A DNA stretch of 59,312 nt from a virus (Duplodnaviria; Caudoviricetes): positions 1 through 59,312 of the IMG/VR virus record IMGVR_UViG_3300032898_000005; one strand, given 5' to 3'. Under the pieces are notes generated by a model. That model did no database searches. It saw only the letters and a program-made list of their open reading frames with translations, and was not told the origin of the DNA. This document shows positions 19,701-27,571 of the stretch, piece by piece. The stretch's first letter is position 1; each line of letters begins with the position of its first letter. Position numbers and translations under genes: made by a program.

Positions 19701-22700
19701 GCGCATCGGCTCGTAGCGGGGCACCACGGTCTTGGGCCATCCCGCCATCTTGGGCTGACGGGTGTCGCGGATCGGTCCGACGTTCAGCGCGCCACGGTTG
19801 ATGACCACGGTGCGGGCCTTGCCCTCGGACACGCCGTCGACGCCGGTCAGGGCGGCCATCCTGCCAGCGTCGTACCGGACCAGGCTCTTGTATGGCTCGG
19901 GCAGCTGCATCGCCGCGTCTTCGAGATCGTCGGCCGACTCGACCTTAGACCCGGGCTTGAACTGCATCGGCATGACGTGGGGAGTATATATCGCCGCCCC
20001 GGACGGCCCCGTCTCGTGGTTGGCGGTGTAGAACCCGGCGGTGCGCCCGCCGGTCGACGTCCGGAAATCGCCGTTAACGAACTGGTCGGCGTAGTCGCTG
20101 GCCCCGCCGCCCTCGCTACCCGAGTGGCCGAGCCAGTCGCCAAACGCGTGGTAGTGGACCGGCCGATCCGGGTCGATCGGGTCGTGCCCCGGCTTGGCGT
20201 TAAAGCCCTGGATCTCCAGCATGCGCTTAAGCACCGGGTCCACGGGGTTGTGCTCGTTGTCGAGCGGCAGCTTGTCAAGCTCCTGCAGCTCGGCCAGGTG
20301 CGGTGCCCAGTCCTCGGGCTTGGTTAGCTTGGCCCCGCCGCCGCTGCCCGCGCCCGGCACGCCCACGAACACCCATCCGTGCTCGTAGCCGTGGGGTCCG
20401 ACCTTGCCCAGCTCGTGCCGCTCGAAGTCCCGGTAGGTCAGGCCGGACGCCAGGTACTCCTCCAGGACCAGCGACTTGGCCACCGACATCGGCGCTACGG
20501 TGGTGGACTCGACCGGGAGTCGCTTGGGCAGGATCGCGCAGCGGCACTCGGGGTGGCCGGGCGGGAAGGTGTCGCCGGTGTCGTACACCTGGTCGATCGG
20601 GATGACGCCCTGATCGACGTTCAGCTTGCAGTGCGGGCACACCCGGTCGTCCTTTGCACTGCTCCACTTCTTGGCGTCCTGGTCGGCCTTCCTGTACTCC
20701 GCGACTGATGCCTGCGTGGTAGCGCGGGCAAGCTCGGTACCGGCGACCATGAGGGCGCGCTGCGGGTTCGACAGGATCTGCTTGATGTCGGCGGCGATCG
20801 TGTCGGCGGAGTCGCCGTCCTCGAATCCCTCGGCCAGGGCGTTGGCCAGGTCGGTCATCCGGGTCTGGGTTACTGACTTGATCGTCTGGATGCCGTAGTC
20901 GTCGAGTAGCTGCTGAAGGCCGTTACCGGCGACCAGGCGGGCCGCCGCCGCGTCGCCCGGGGTCCACTCGTCCCAGAACGTCGAGTCGTAGGCGGAGCTT
21001 AGCTGCTCCCTGGCGGCCTCTCGGCCGACCGCGAATCCCTCGGCCCACAGGTTGCCAAGAACCTGCTGCACCACGTCCTGGATCGCCTGATCGAACCCAC
21101 GAGAGGTCAGCCAGCTCCACGCCTGCTGAGCGAGGTTCGACAGTGCGCCCTTGTTCGCCGTGGCAGTGCGGCTCTGCAGCCAGTCCTCGGCCATGTTCGA
21201 GTGCAGGGCCGCCAGACCGGCGGACAGCCGGTCGGCGTACAGGTCCTTGAGCTGTAGGTCGTACCGCCACCCGGCCCAGTCACGAGGGTAGGCCGTCGTA
21301 GGCCGCCCAGCTTTTGGGAGCACCGCCGCCCGCGACTTCTGGTTCTGGTCGACCGTAGCGCCGTTGTCGTGCTGGTGACCGTCGTGCGCGGCCTCACCAC
21401 GCGGGCAGTAGCGGCAGTTGCCGTCGCCGTCGTCGGTGAAGTCGTGCGGTCCGCTGCGATAGGACTGCTGGATAGGCTGCTCGCCCCGGTGCTGCCGCTG
21501 TCTCCCCACCGACGTGGTAAGCCCGCCCTGGCCGCCCATGAGGTCGTACGGGGCCAGGCCCTGCTGTCCGTCCTGCGAGTCCAGCGGCACGGTCGTGGAC
21601 AGCACCTTCTCGATCCGGCCTGCGATCGTCGGCGGGCCGAAGCATCCGATCACGAACTGGCGGGTGACGCGGTAAGCGTCGTCCGCGTCCAGCGACTTGA
21701 GCAGCTCGCCGTAGTGCTCGACCACCGGCTCGGGCAGGTGCCTCGACTGCCAGTCCTCGACCCGGGTGCCCTTCTTCACCTTGCGCCGCAGCGCGTCCAG
21801 CTCAGACAGCATCGCTTTGGTCGAGGGCCGCGCTGGCTGGTTCTGCTCCGAGCCGGGCAGCTCGTCGCTGGCGGACGGCGGCCGGACCGGCGGTGCCAGC
21901 GGCTTGCCTGCAGCGAAGTCCTCGTGCATCTGCTGCTGGACCTGGGCGTGGGCTTCCTGGGCGGACTGCCGCGCCTGACCCACCTTATCGTCGGGGTGCA
22001 GCTTGGGCGGCGGTGCCGGATGCTGGGGATCGGTGCCCGGGTCGCCCGGCTTGAGCGGCTTACCGAACGCGTCGGCAGGCCCGGCAGGCGGCCCGCCGGG
22101 TGCCGTGCCCGGCGGGCCGCCTGGCTTGGGAGCGCCAGCCGCGCCCGGTGGTGTCGTCCCGGGCTTCGGAGGGGTCGCGGAGCCACTCGGGAGCGCCGGG
22201 CGGCCAGCCGCACCGGGAACTTGCGGAGGGCCGCCCGGAGCGCCTCCGCCGGGCGGCGGGGGTGCGCCGATCGCGGCCGGGGGCGGGGTGCCCATCGGCT
22301 TGCCGGTGGTGGGGTCGATCGAGCCCAGCGGGACCATGCCCGCAGTCGGTGAGACGAACACGGGGTCGGAGGTGATCGGCAGTCCGTACGGGGGCTTGCC
22401 GAGGGCGATGCGGCACTCGTCGATCGGGGCCAGGCCGTTCGACAGCATCTTGACCAGGCGGTCGACGAGGGAGTCCTCGTCCTCGTCCTCCTCCAGGCCC
22501 TCGAACATGAACCGCATGTCCTCTTGCTTCCAGATCACCTGGATTAGGACATTGAAGATGTCGGTCAGGAACGACAAGGTTGGCTTGGTCGACTTGCGCT
22601 GCTGCTTGTCCTGGCTGGCCTTGGCCATCTGGTTCGACGCACCAGGCGACTGGGTGGCGCTGACCTTGGGCGAGATGCCAAGCTCCATCGGCTCGACGTC

Positions 22701-23939
22701 GTAGCCCATGCAGATCTGCGTCATGATCACCTCGTCCGACTGGTCCGCGATCTCGATGGGCTTCATCGGGAACACCTTGGAGCCAGGCGGAAGGGCGATG
22801 CTCTTGTGCTTCCAGGCGGGGTCGCCAGCCAGGGCGTTGTTCTGGTCCTGCCAGATCTGCAGCTGGTTCGGCGTCCAGCCTAGGTTCTCGCCGGGGCTGA
22901 TGTAGTTGCCCGGGATCGTGCCCTCGTCGAAGAAGTCCATCTGAAACTGCTGCTTGCGCAGTCCGGTGATGGTCGGGATCAAGGTGCGTTCGAGGGGCGG
23001 GAAGCCGTACGGGGTCCACGCGCGCTGCGTGTAGGGAAGGTACAGCAGCTGGTCGCCCCGGTACTCCTTGGCGGGCTTGCCCAGCTCCTTGATGACGTCC
23101 TGGTCGGTGCCGTCGAGGATCTGCATCAGGTCGACCCTAGGGACGCCGTAAAGGTACTGCTGGTAGCCGGGCGACGGCGGGGCCACCCGGCCGCCGCGCG
23201 TGTTAACCAGAGGGCGGATCGTGCTGCCGCTGATGACCTCCAGCGCGGCCACGTCGCTGCCGAAGGGTCCTGCGCCCTTCTTCTTCGTGGGGTGCACGTA
23301 CAGCGAGGTCGCGTCGGTTACCAGCATCTCCTCGACGATGGCGTCGATGTAGCTGCCGAAGCTGATGTAGTCGGGGTCGGGCCGCTTGAAGAACCGCACC
23401 ACCTCGGCACGCCGCTCGGCAAAGTCGCGGTGCGCCGCCACGTCGCCGCGCATCTTCTTCTCGGCTTCCTTGGTGGGCATGATGTCCCACTCAAGGCCGC
23501 GAATCTCGTTCTTTCGGAGCTGGATGCACGCGCGGGCGACCGAGTAGATGTCGGCGTACATCCGCAGCGTGCCGAACGACGCGAGCTTGAAGCCCTCCGA
23601 GCCGGGCACGCCTACCGGCATGTTCCAGCCGACCGGCATCTCGCGCTGCCTCGGGCCGGGCCGCTCGTCGTCGCCGTCCGGAACGTTGATCGGCACCGTC
23701 TCGATCGGCGTCAGCGGCGTGAACGTACCGGCCAGGAACTGCATCGGGTCGCGAGGGAGTGGGGCGGCCAGGTTGTGACCGTACAGCATCTGCTGGTAGG
23801 TCGACACGGCCGGGCTCATCACCGACACCCCGCCGACCTGCTTGCGAACCTCGTTCCGCATCTTGGCGCGCTTCATCGCCGCTACCACGCGGGTGGGATC
23901 AGTTGCCACCGTCACCTCGTCCGCTCGTCGCCGCGTCAA
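16719..23939 (-). CDS. Giant portal - MuF (gp7-like) - multi-effector fusion protein (2406 aa)
   Basis: Portal-like N-terminal ~545 aa (YSVARACI, PYGFPPLE); Pro-rich linker; MuF signature KKW...DDRVCPHC...PPGHPECRC; NUDIX box GGRLEDGESVEDAARREWAEETG; ParB-like DGHHRALA; two CHDGCG..GHD fingers; C-terminal R...SSWT...EYE ADP-ribosyltransferase pattern. Confidence 0.85.
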   Translation of the reverse strand: MTRRRADEVTVATDPTRVVAAMKRAKMRNEVRKQVGGVSVMSPAVSTYQQMLYGHNLAAPLPRDPMQFLAGTFTPLTPIETVPINVPDGDDERPGPRQREMPVGWNMPVGVPGSEGFKLASFGTLRMYADIYSVARACIQLRKNEIRGLEWDIMPTKEAEKKMRGDVAAHRDFAERRAEVVRFFKRPDPDYISFGSYIDAIVEEMLVTDATSLYVHPTKKKGAGPFGSDVAALEVISGSTIRPLVNTRGGRVAPPSPGYQQYLYGVPRVDLMQILDGTDQDVIKELGKPAKEYRGDQLLYLPYTQRAWTPYGFPPLERTLIPTITGLRKQQFQMDFFDEGTIPGNYISPGENLGWTPNQLQIWQDQNNALAGDPAWKHKSIALPPGSKVFPMKPIEIADQSDEVIMTQICMGYDVEPMELGISPKVSATQSPGASNQMAKASQDKQQRKSTKPTLSFLTDIFNVLIQVIWKQEDMRFMFEGLEEDEDEDSLVDRLVKMLSNGLAPIDECRIALGKPPYGLPITSDPVFVSPTAGMVPLGSIDPTTGKPMGTPPPAAIGAPPPPGGGAPGGPPQVPGAAGRPALPSGSATPPKPGTTPPGAAGAPKPGGPPGTAPGGPPAGPADAFGKPLKPGDPGTDPQHPAPPPKLHPDDKVGQARQSAQEAHAQVQQQMHEDFAAGKPLAPPVRPPSASDELPGSEQNQPARPSTKAMLSELDALRRKVKKGTRVEDWQSRHLPEPVVEHYGELLKSLDADDAYRVTRQFVIGCFGPPTIAGRIEKVLSTTVPLDSQDGQQGLAPYDLMGGQGGLTTSVGRQRQHRGEQPIQQSYRSGPHDFTDDGDGNCRYCPRGEAAHDGHQHDNGATVDQNQKSRAAVLPKAGRPTTAYPRDWAGWRYDLQLKDLYADRLSAGLAALHSNMAEDWLQSRTATANKGALSNLAQQAWSWLTSRGFDQAIQDVVQQVLGNLWAEGFAVGREAAREQLSSAYDSTFWDEWTPGDAAAARLVAGNGLQQLLDDYGIQTIKSVTQTRMTDLANALAEGFEDGDSADTIAADIKQILSNPQRALMVAGTELARATTQASVAEYRKADQDAKKWSSAKDDRVCPHCKLNVDQGVIPIDQVYDTGDTFPPGHPECRCAILPKRLPVESTTVAPMSVAKSLVLEEYLASGLTYRDFERHELGKVGPHGYEHGWVFVGVPGAGSGGGAKLTKPEDWAPHLAELQELDKLPLDNEHNPVDPVLKRMLEIQGFNAKPGHDPIDPDRPVHYHAFGDWLGHSGSEGGGASDYADQFVNGDFRTSTGGRTAGFYTANHETGPSGAAIYTPHVMPMQFKPGSKVESADDLEDAAMQLPEPYKSLVRYDAGRMAALTGVDGVSEGKARTVVINRGALNVGPIRDTRQPKMAGWPKTVVPRYEPMRNVFKSDAAEFEAGGLAVRAKDTGRVLMIQRAHDEDDPAGGKWEFPGGRLEDGESVEDAARREWAEETGLPVPKGNAVATWDTGPYRGHVVVVRSESDVPILDRAKGANPDDPGNDNPEAVAWWDPAELKDNPAVRDELRDHPKRVRRALEATGDPIEKSAASIGEQVYQQLLRNYPPDSIEWVKDATWSGPHLVPWAEVDHDDMDKWAASHQRGKVDEFKRKIRAGEHVNPAVLVVDPDGDYIDVDGHHRALAYHELDELIPAWIGDIEPADRHDMEETHLDQVHEGSDPKNKHAIPRLIKDSFHGHHIAGTAYTYHHGYVLIDPAANDCHDGCGGKTKGGNYLPGHDAKHVSHLHQAVQDGHITAESALGMLHGKPKLQGKLETKLNNSGHPVSPFYHSTADYDAHANHTFDPNPAPAKPKIEPGHCHDGCGAKTKGGNYLPGHDSKHVSQLVASVKNGDITHAQAHEELSHSAKLQDKLASKLGTAKPKPTAPAAATHPAPGETSDEHLADLAAALENSDEPGGGKPEGSTAGVAYTDVGVTPDGRNWAYVVTTDGKDSMFAIEPHPEGKPGLRNAGLRAVYKGDGKVTIEAKQPDGTFAPAGPMADTTIASLNSSNVKVYNLIGEHMQGAQKQEKVEFDAAAIVAELSTKPGAVPSKPKVPKPTAASTNAPKVPKPEPGAPASHEMGAWDSKDESHTAIRDALFNEDLPGHPYSANDAVAHKQLVASRLAARIQVEPKKMVAAAFAGDGNEDTEHYNLMMDAAEHPDKYTFKKSNIGYELTISKKNALNPLSDYDKQLTAADIKQWAAAKLVQNWAGTSNDTSTKSLVAQEAAIDEFGLDRGHVAPWTLDSGKQDEIDEAYAQHGEAYRAFLRAQYELTQEDFKERGITRVNVIRGMKWDAGMLPDWAKGIKSGDKIEVPPLRPLSSWTVNTGTAKSFANGGSTSVILKSSMPVTSILSWPRSGFGCLNEYELVGLDATGVVTVGPTSNT

Positions 23940-24285
23940 TGTGGGCCATGAGACGCTGCTCCAAGGATACCAGCTCGGTGGAGACGTGTCGACGCATGCG
24001 CTCGTCGCGCCTGTCCATGTGCGGCCCGTGGTGCTTGTTCCACCAGGCCAGTAGGCGCTTGCCCACCGAGTCCCGGAAGTACCAGACCACGAACCCGCCG
24101 AGCGCCAGGTCCTCGTACGTCGCGATCGTGTTCGACCACGTTCCGCCCTCCGGCCAGGCGAAGTACAGGCGGAACGTGGCGAACCTGCTGCCGAGCAGGG
24201 ACAGCGCCGCGACGACCAGCGCCACGGTGAGGGCGATCAGGTCGTCGCGCCTAGCCCTGGCCAGGTCCCTCGGAGACAGTCGCAT
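23899..24285 (-). CDS. Membrane protein
   Basis: Two hydrophobic segments. Confidence 0.55.
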   Translation of the reverse strand: MRLSPRDLARARRDDLIALTVALVVAALSLLGSRFATFRLYFAWPEGGTWSNTIATYEDLALGGFVVWYFRDSVGKRLLAWWNKHHGPHMDRRDERMRRHVSTELVSLEQRLMAHIDAATSGRGDGGN

Positions 24286-24787
24286 CCGGCGAGTCTACCG
24301 TGCCATGTCGCGCCACCTCAATGAGGGCCTCCAGCCGGTGCACCGCCTGGGCGACGTGCTCGCGGCACGGGTGCCGCCGCAGCGCGTTACGGACGCCGAC
24401 CAGGCCGTCTCTCCCGGTCAGCGTCGAGATCAGCAGCGATATGTCCTCGTCGAGGTCGTCGACCCGGATGAACGAGGACTCGTCGGGGTCGCCCTGGTCC
24501 TCGAACAGGACGCCGGTCCAGTCGACCTCCCGAGCTGGCCAGAACTCGACAACGGCCGGGGTGCCGTTCGGGTGGAACTCAAGCCGCTTCACCCGGGGGC
24601 ACGCTCGGGCGTGGTACCCGCCGCAGTGCATGCAGGTGTTGCCGTCGAGCTGCTCGATCTCCTCCTCGGTCAGCGACCGCTGCAGGCGTCGCTCCATCTC
24701 GCGACGGCGGGACAGGTCCTGGAGGATCCGCATGTTCTGGATCGCCTGCTCGCGGTCGCTGCCGAGCGACCTTACCGGCGTGCTCAC
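24251..24787 (-). CDS. Hypothetical protein with CMHCGGYH..AC zinc knuckle
   Basis: GTG at 24787 overlaps the upstream TGA. Confidence 0.55.
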   Translation of the reverse strand: MSTPVRSLGSDREQAIQNMRILQDLSRRREMERRLQRSLTEEEIEQLDGNTCMHCGGYHARACPRVKRLEFHPNGTPAVVEFWPAREVDWTGVLFEDQGDPDESSFIRVDDLDEDISLLISTLTGRDGLVGVRNALRRHPCREHVAQAVHRLEALIEVARHGTVDSPDATVSEGPGQG

Positions 24788-25020
24788 CAGGGGAAGCCCA
24801 TGAGCATGACCAGCTTGGCGGTGCCGAGCACGCACAGCCCGGAGAAGCACAGGAAGAACAGCAGCACGCTGAACAGGCCGAACGCCCTGGCCAGCTTGAA
24901 CAGCGGCAGCTGCTCGACGGTGCGGTCCGGCGGCGGCCCCACGGGCTCGGGCCGTCCGAAGGTCTTAGGCTGCATCTCGATCCGCCGGAATCGCTGGGTC
25001 GGCGCGCCTGGGTCGGTCAC
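24784..25020 (-). CDS. Small membrane protein
   Basis: C-terminal hydrophobic segment; GAGAGG RBS. Confidence 0.55.
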   Translation of the reverse strand: MTDPGAPTQRFRRIEMQPKTFGRPEPVGPPPDRTVEQLPLFKLARAFGLFSVLLFFLCFSGLCVLGTAKLVMLMGFPW

Positions 25021-25105
25021 GTCACTGCCTCTCGTCTAGGGCGACGGCCCCGGCCCTCCGCCCGAGGGATAGGAGGAGCCAGGTAGCCGGGGCCGCCTGC
25101 CCCGT

Positions 25106-25135
25106 AGGCTACCAGCGGGCTTGTCACGGAGTCAA
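25106..25135 (-). promoter_or_regulatory. SigA-type promoter / operator
   Basis: TTGACT-N18-TAGCCT; TTGTC-ACGGA-GTCAA at 25121-25135. Confidence 0.7.
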
Positions 25136-25190
25136 GAGACACAGACAGGCCCGGCACCCCGCGTGGCGGGGGCCGGGCCGGAGTCGGTTC

Positions 25191-25892
25191 CTACTTGGCG
25201 TCGGCTGGGGCCGGGGCCGCGTCCTTGGCGGCGGCCTTGGCCTGCTTGGCGGCGGCGGCCTTGTCGGCCCTGGCCTGCGCGTTGTCCAGCGCGCGGGTGG
25301 TCTTGGCCTTCAGCGGCTCGGAGATCTTGGCGGCGGCCTTGATCGCCTCGTCCCGGGAGGTCTCGCCCTTGCCGACCAGCGCGACCAGGTTGCTGACCAT
25401 CCGGGCGTCGTGGCCCTGGCGGAACAGCGAGCCCTTGCCGGTGACCTGGCCGCAGCCGCACTGGCACTGGACCGGGACCAGCTCGGGCTTGGGGGTCTTG
25501 GCGGGCTTCTCGGTCTTGGCGGGCTTAGTAGCCATCGCGGTCTCCTCAGTGTCAGTGCTGCTGCAGTATTCCTCGTGCTCCTCGCCCTCGGGGGCGAAGC
25601 ACTCGTCGCAAGTATCGGCGACGCTGACCCCGGCCGCGATGCGGTCGGCGTCGGTGACCGGGCGAGCCCAGAACCGGCTAGCGACGCCGCCGAACCAGAA
25701 CTCGCCGCCGACGATCCCGTCCACCACGTACTTGACGTGCAGGCCGTCGCGGTCGGTACTGATCAGGGCCAGCTTGCCCTCGGCCAGAGGCGACTTGCGG
25801 TCGCGGCCCAGCAGGACCAACTGGTCGGCGTGACCGTGGTCCTTGTGGGTGCCCCAAGTCGGCTCGGTCGCGGTGGTGGTGGTCTCGCTCAT
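25191..25892 (-). CDS. Protein with CxCGCG...GHDA zinc-finger and Lys/Ala-rich tail
   Basis: GAGG RBS before ATG at 25892; internal GAGGAG RBS before ATG at 25535; CQCGCGQVTGKGSLFRQGHDARM. Confidence 0.7.
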   Translation of the reverse strand: MSETTTTATEPTWGTHKDHGHADQLVLLGRDRKSPLAEGKLALISTDRDGLHVKYVVDGIVGGEFWFGGVASRFWARPVTDADRIAAGVSVADTCDECFAPEGEEHEEYCSSTDTEETAMATKPAKTEKPAKTPKPELVPVQCQCGCGQVTGKGSLFRQGHDARMVSNLVALVGKGETSRDEAIKAAAKISEPLKAKTTRALDNAQARADKAAAAKQAKAAAKDAAPAPADAK

Positions 25893-25936
25893 CTCGGGCT
25901 CCTCTCGGCGGGCGGAACGCCCGCCCTGTAATTCCA

Positions 25937-26078
25937 ATTAAACCATGGCCCGTGACTCCTTGACAAGTCCATTCGACATATCCGTGCGAACCAAGATCGT
26001 AGCACACGCTTTGCTTCTCTCGCGTACGCACGAGCCCGCGAACGGGGGTTGTCACGGTGTCAATTAGTGTGGTTTACT
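25937..26078. promoter_or_regulatory. Divergent promoter pair, each on a TTGWC-N5-GWCAA-type operator
   Basis: Leftward TTGTCA-N18-TTTAAT (25966-25937); rightward TTGTCA-N18-TTTACT (26049-26078). Confidence 0.7.
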
Positions 26079-26129
26079 GGTGGTGCGGGGCCGGACCGGC
26101 CGGCCCGACCGCCACAGGAGGAACACACG

Positions 26130-27122
26130 ATGGCTAAGATCACCGAGGCCCAGGGCACCACCTCTCGCCTGGACACCATCCGCGCGCTGCTGGCCAAGGC
26201 TGAGGGTGCCTCGACCGACCCGGAGCGGGACGCCTACACCGCTAAGGCGGCCGAGCTGATCGCAAAGTATGGCGTAGACGAGGCCATGCTGAACGGATCG
26301 AAGAACGACAGCGGCCAGGTAGTGGACGTCGTGGTGTGGGTCGTCCGGCCGTTCGGGGACCGCATGCAGGACCTGCTCCGGGGGATCGCCGTGGAGATGG
26401 GCGCGCAGACGCGCCAGGTCAAGCAGCATACCGGCAACTACCAGGTCGGCCAGCTCAAGTGGCAGCACGGCCTGCGGGTGTTCGCGTTCAAGTCCGACCT
26501 TAATCGCATCGAGGTCATGTACACGTCGCTGCGGAACCAGGCCCTGGCCGGGGCCAGCCGGATCAAGGGCGAGCACAAGTTCGGGCAGGACCAGAAGGCC
26601 CACCGCGAGTCGTACCTGGACGGGTTCGTCTGCGCCGTCCTCGGCCGCATCTCCAGGGCCGAGGAGGCGGCCAGGCAGGCGGCCGAGGCCGAGCGCGAGA
26701 TGCGCGACGAGCAGCGTCTGCTGTCCGGCGACCTGACCGTCAGCCGCTCGGTCGAGCTGGTCCTGGCGGACCGCAGGTCGGTGGTCCGGAACACCATGAC
26801 GATGGCCCTGTACGGAAAGTCGGCGGCCGAGCTGGACGCCAACGCCGCAGCCAGCCGGGAGCGGTGGGCCGAGATGGGCCGGCGGGCCGAGGAGCGGCGG
26901 CAGGCCCGGATCGCGGAGCACGCGAGCTGCAAGAAGTGCCACGCGGCCAAGTCTGGCTACTGCGCCGATCACCGCGACATGAGGCCGTCCCAGGCCAGCT
27001 ACCGCTCGTACGAGCGGGTCGGCAACCAGTTCGAGGCAGGTTACGTCGACGGCCGGAACGCCGACCTCGGCCCGTCCGGCAAGCAGGTCGCCCAGAACGG
27101 CCCGGCCGGAATCGAGGGATGA
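26130..27122 (+). CDS. DUF2786-like domain protein
   Basis: GGAGGA RBS; N-terminal LDTIRALLAKAE...ERDAYTAKAAELIAKYGVD is the DUF2786 pattern. Confidence 0.75.
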   Translation: MAKITEAQGTTSRLDTIRALLAKAEGASTDPERDAYTAKAAELIAKYGVDEAMLNGSKNDSGQVVDVVVWVVRPFGDRMQDLLRGIAVEMGAQTRQVKQHTGNYQVGQLKWQHGLRVFAFKSDLNRIEVMYTSLRNQALAGASRIKGEHKFGQDQKAHRESYLDGFVCAVLGRISRAEEAARQAAEAEREMRDEQRLLSGDLTVSRSVELVLADRRSVVRNTMTMALYGKSAAELDANAAASRERWAEMGRRAEERRQARIAEHASCKKCHAAKSGYCADHRDMRPSQASYRSYERVGNQFEAGYVDGRNADLGPSGKQVAQNGPAGIEG

Positions 27123-27571
27123 TGCGATTCTCTGGTCGCTCGTGTTCTTTGCCCTGCTCGACGCGCTTACCACGCTGGTGGCGGCGCTGCTGCGGTTGAC
27201 CGCGCCGAGCTGATCCGTGTAGGATCGGGGTCTGCTCGACACGCTGGGCCATCCGCGAACAGGTCGCTTGGTCGACCGTAGTAGCCCGACAACCCACCTT
27301 GCGGCAGTTAGTGACGAGGCCAGGTCCTGGCATCAAAACCAGGGTAGCCTGGCCTCGTCCGTGTCTCGGGGAGGTCGCGTTGTCGTGGAGATGCGAGCAG
27401 TGGGGGCATAAGATGTCGCCGCGGTCGCCCTGGGTCCAGCTCAACCGGCACCAGTGCCAGCGCAGCCGGTGCTGCCGACGCTGCAAGGCGATGGACCTGA
27501 TCGACGTCCGGCCGCACCGGCGGCGCTGGCTCCGGCCCAACGAGTGCCGCCGGTGCGGCGCGTTCCTGCCG

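Noticed and set aside
27121-27213. Hydrophobic reading frame AILWSLVFFALLDALTTLVAALLRL after the DUF2786-like gene
   Set aside because: No in-frame start codon; may be a remnant or an indel error, so it cannot be supported as a gene
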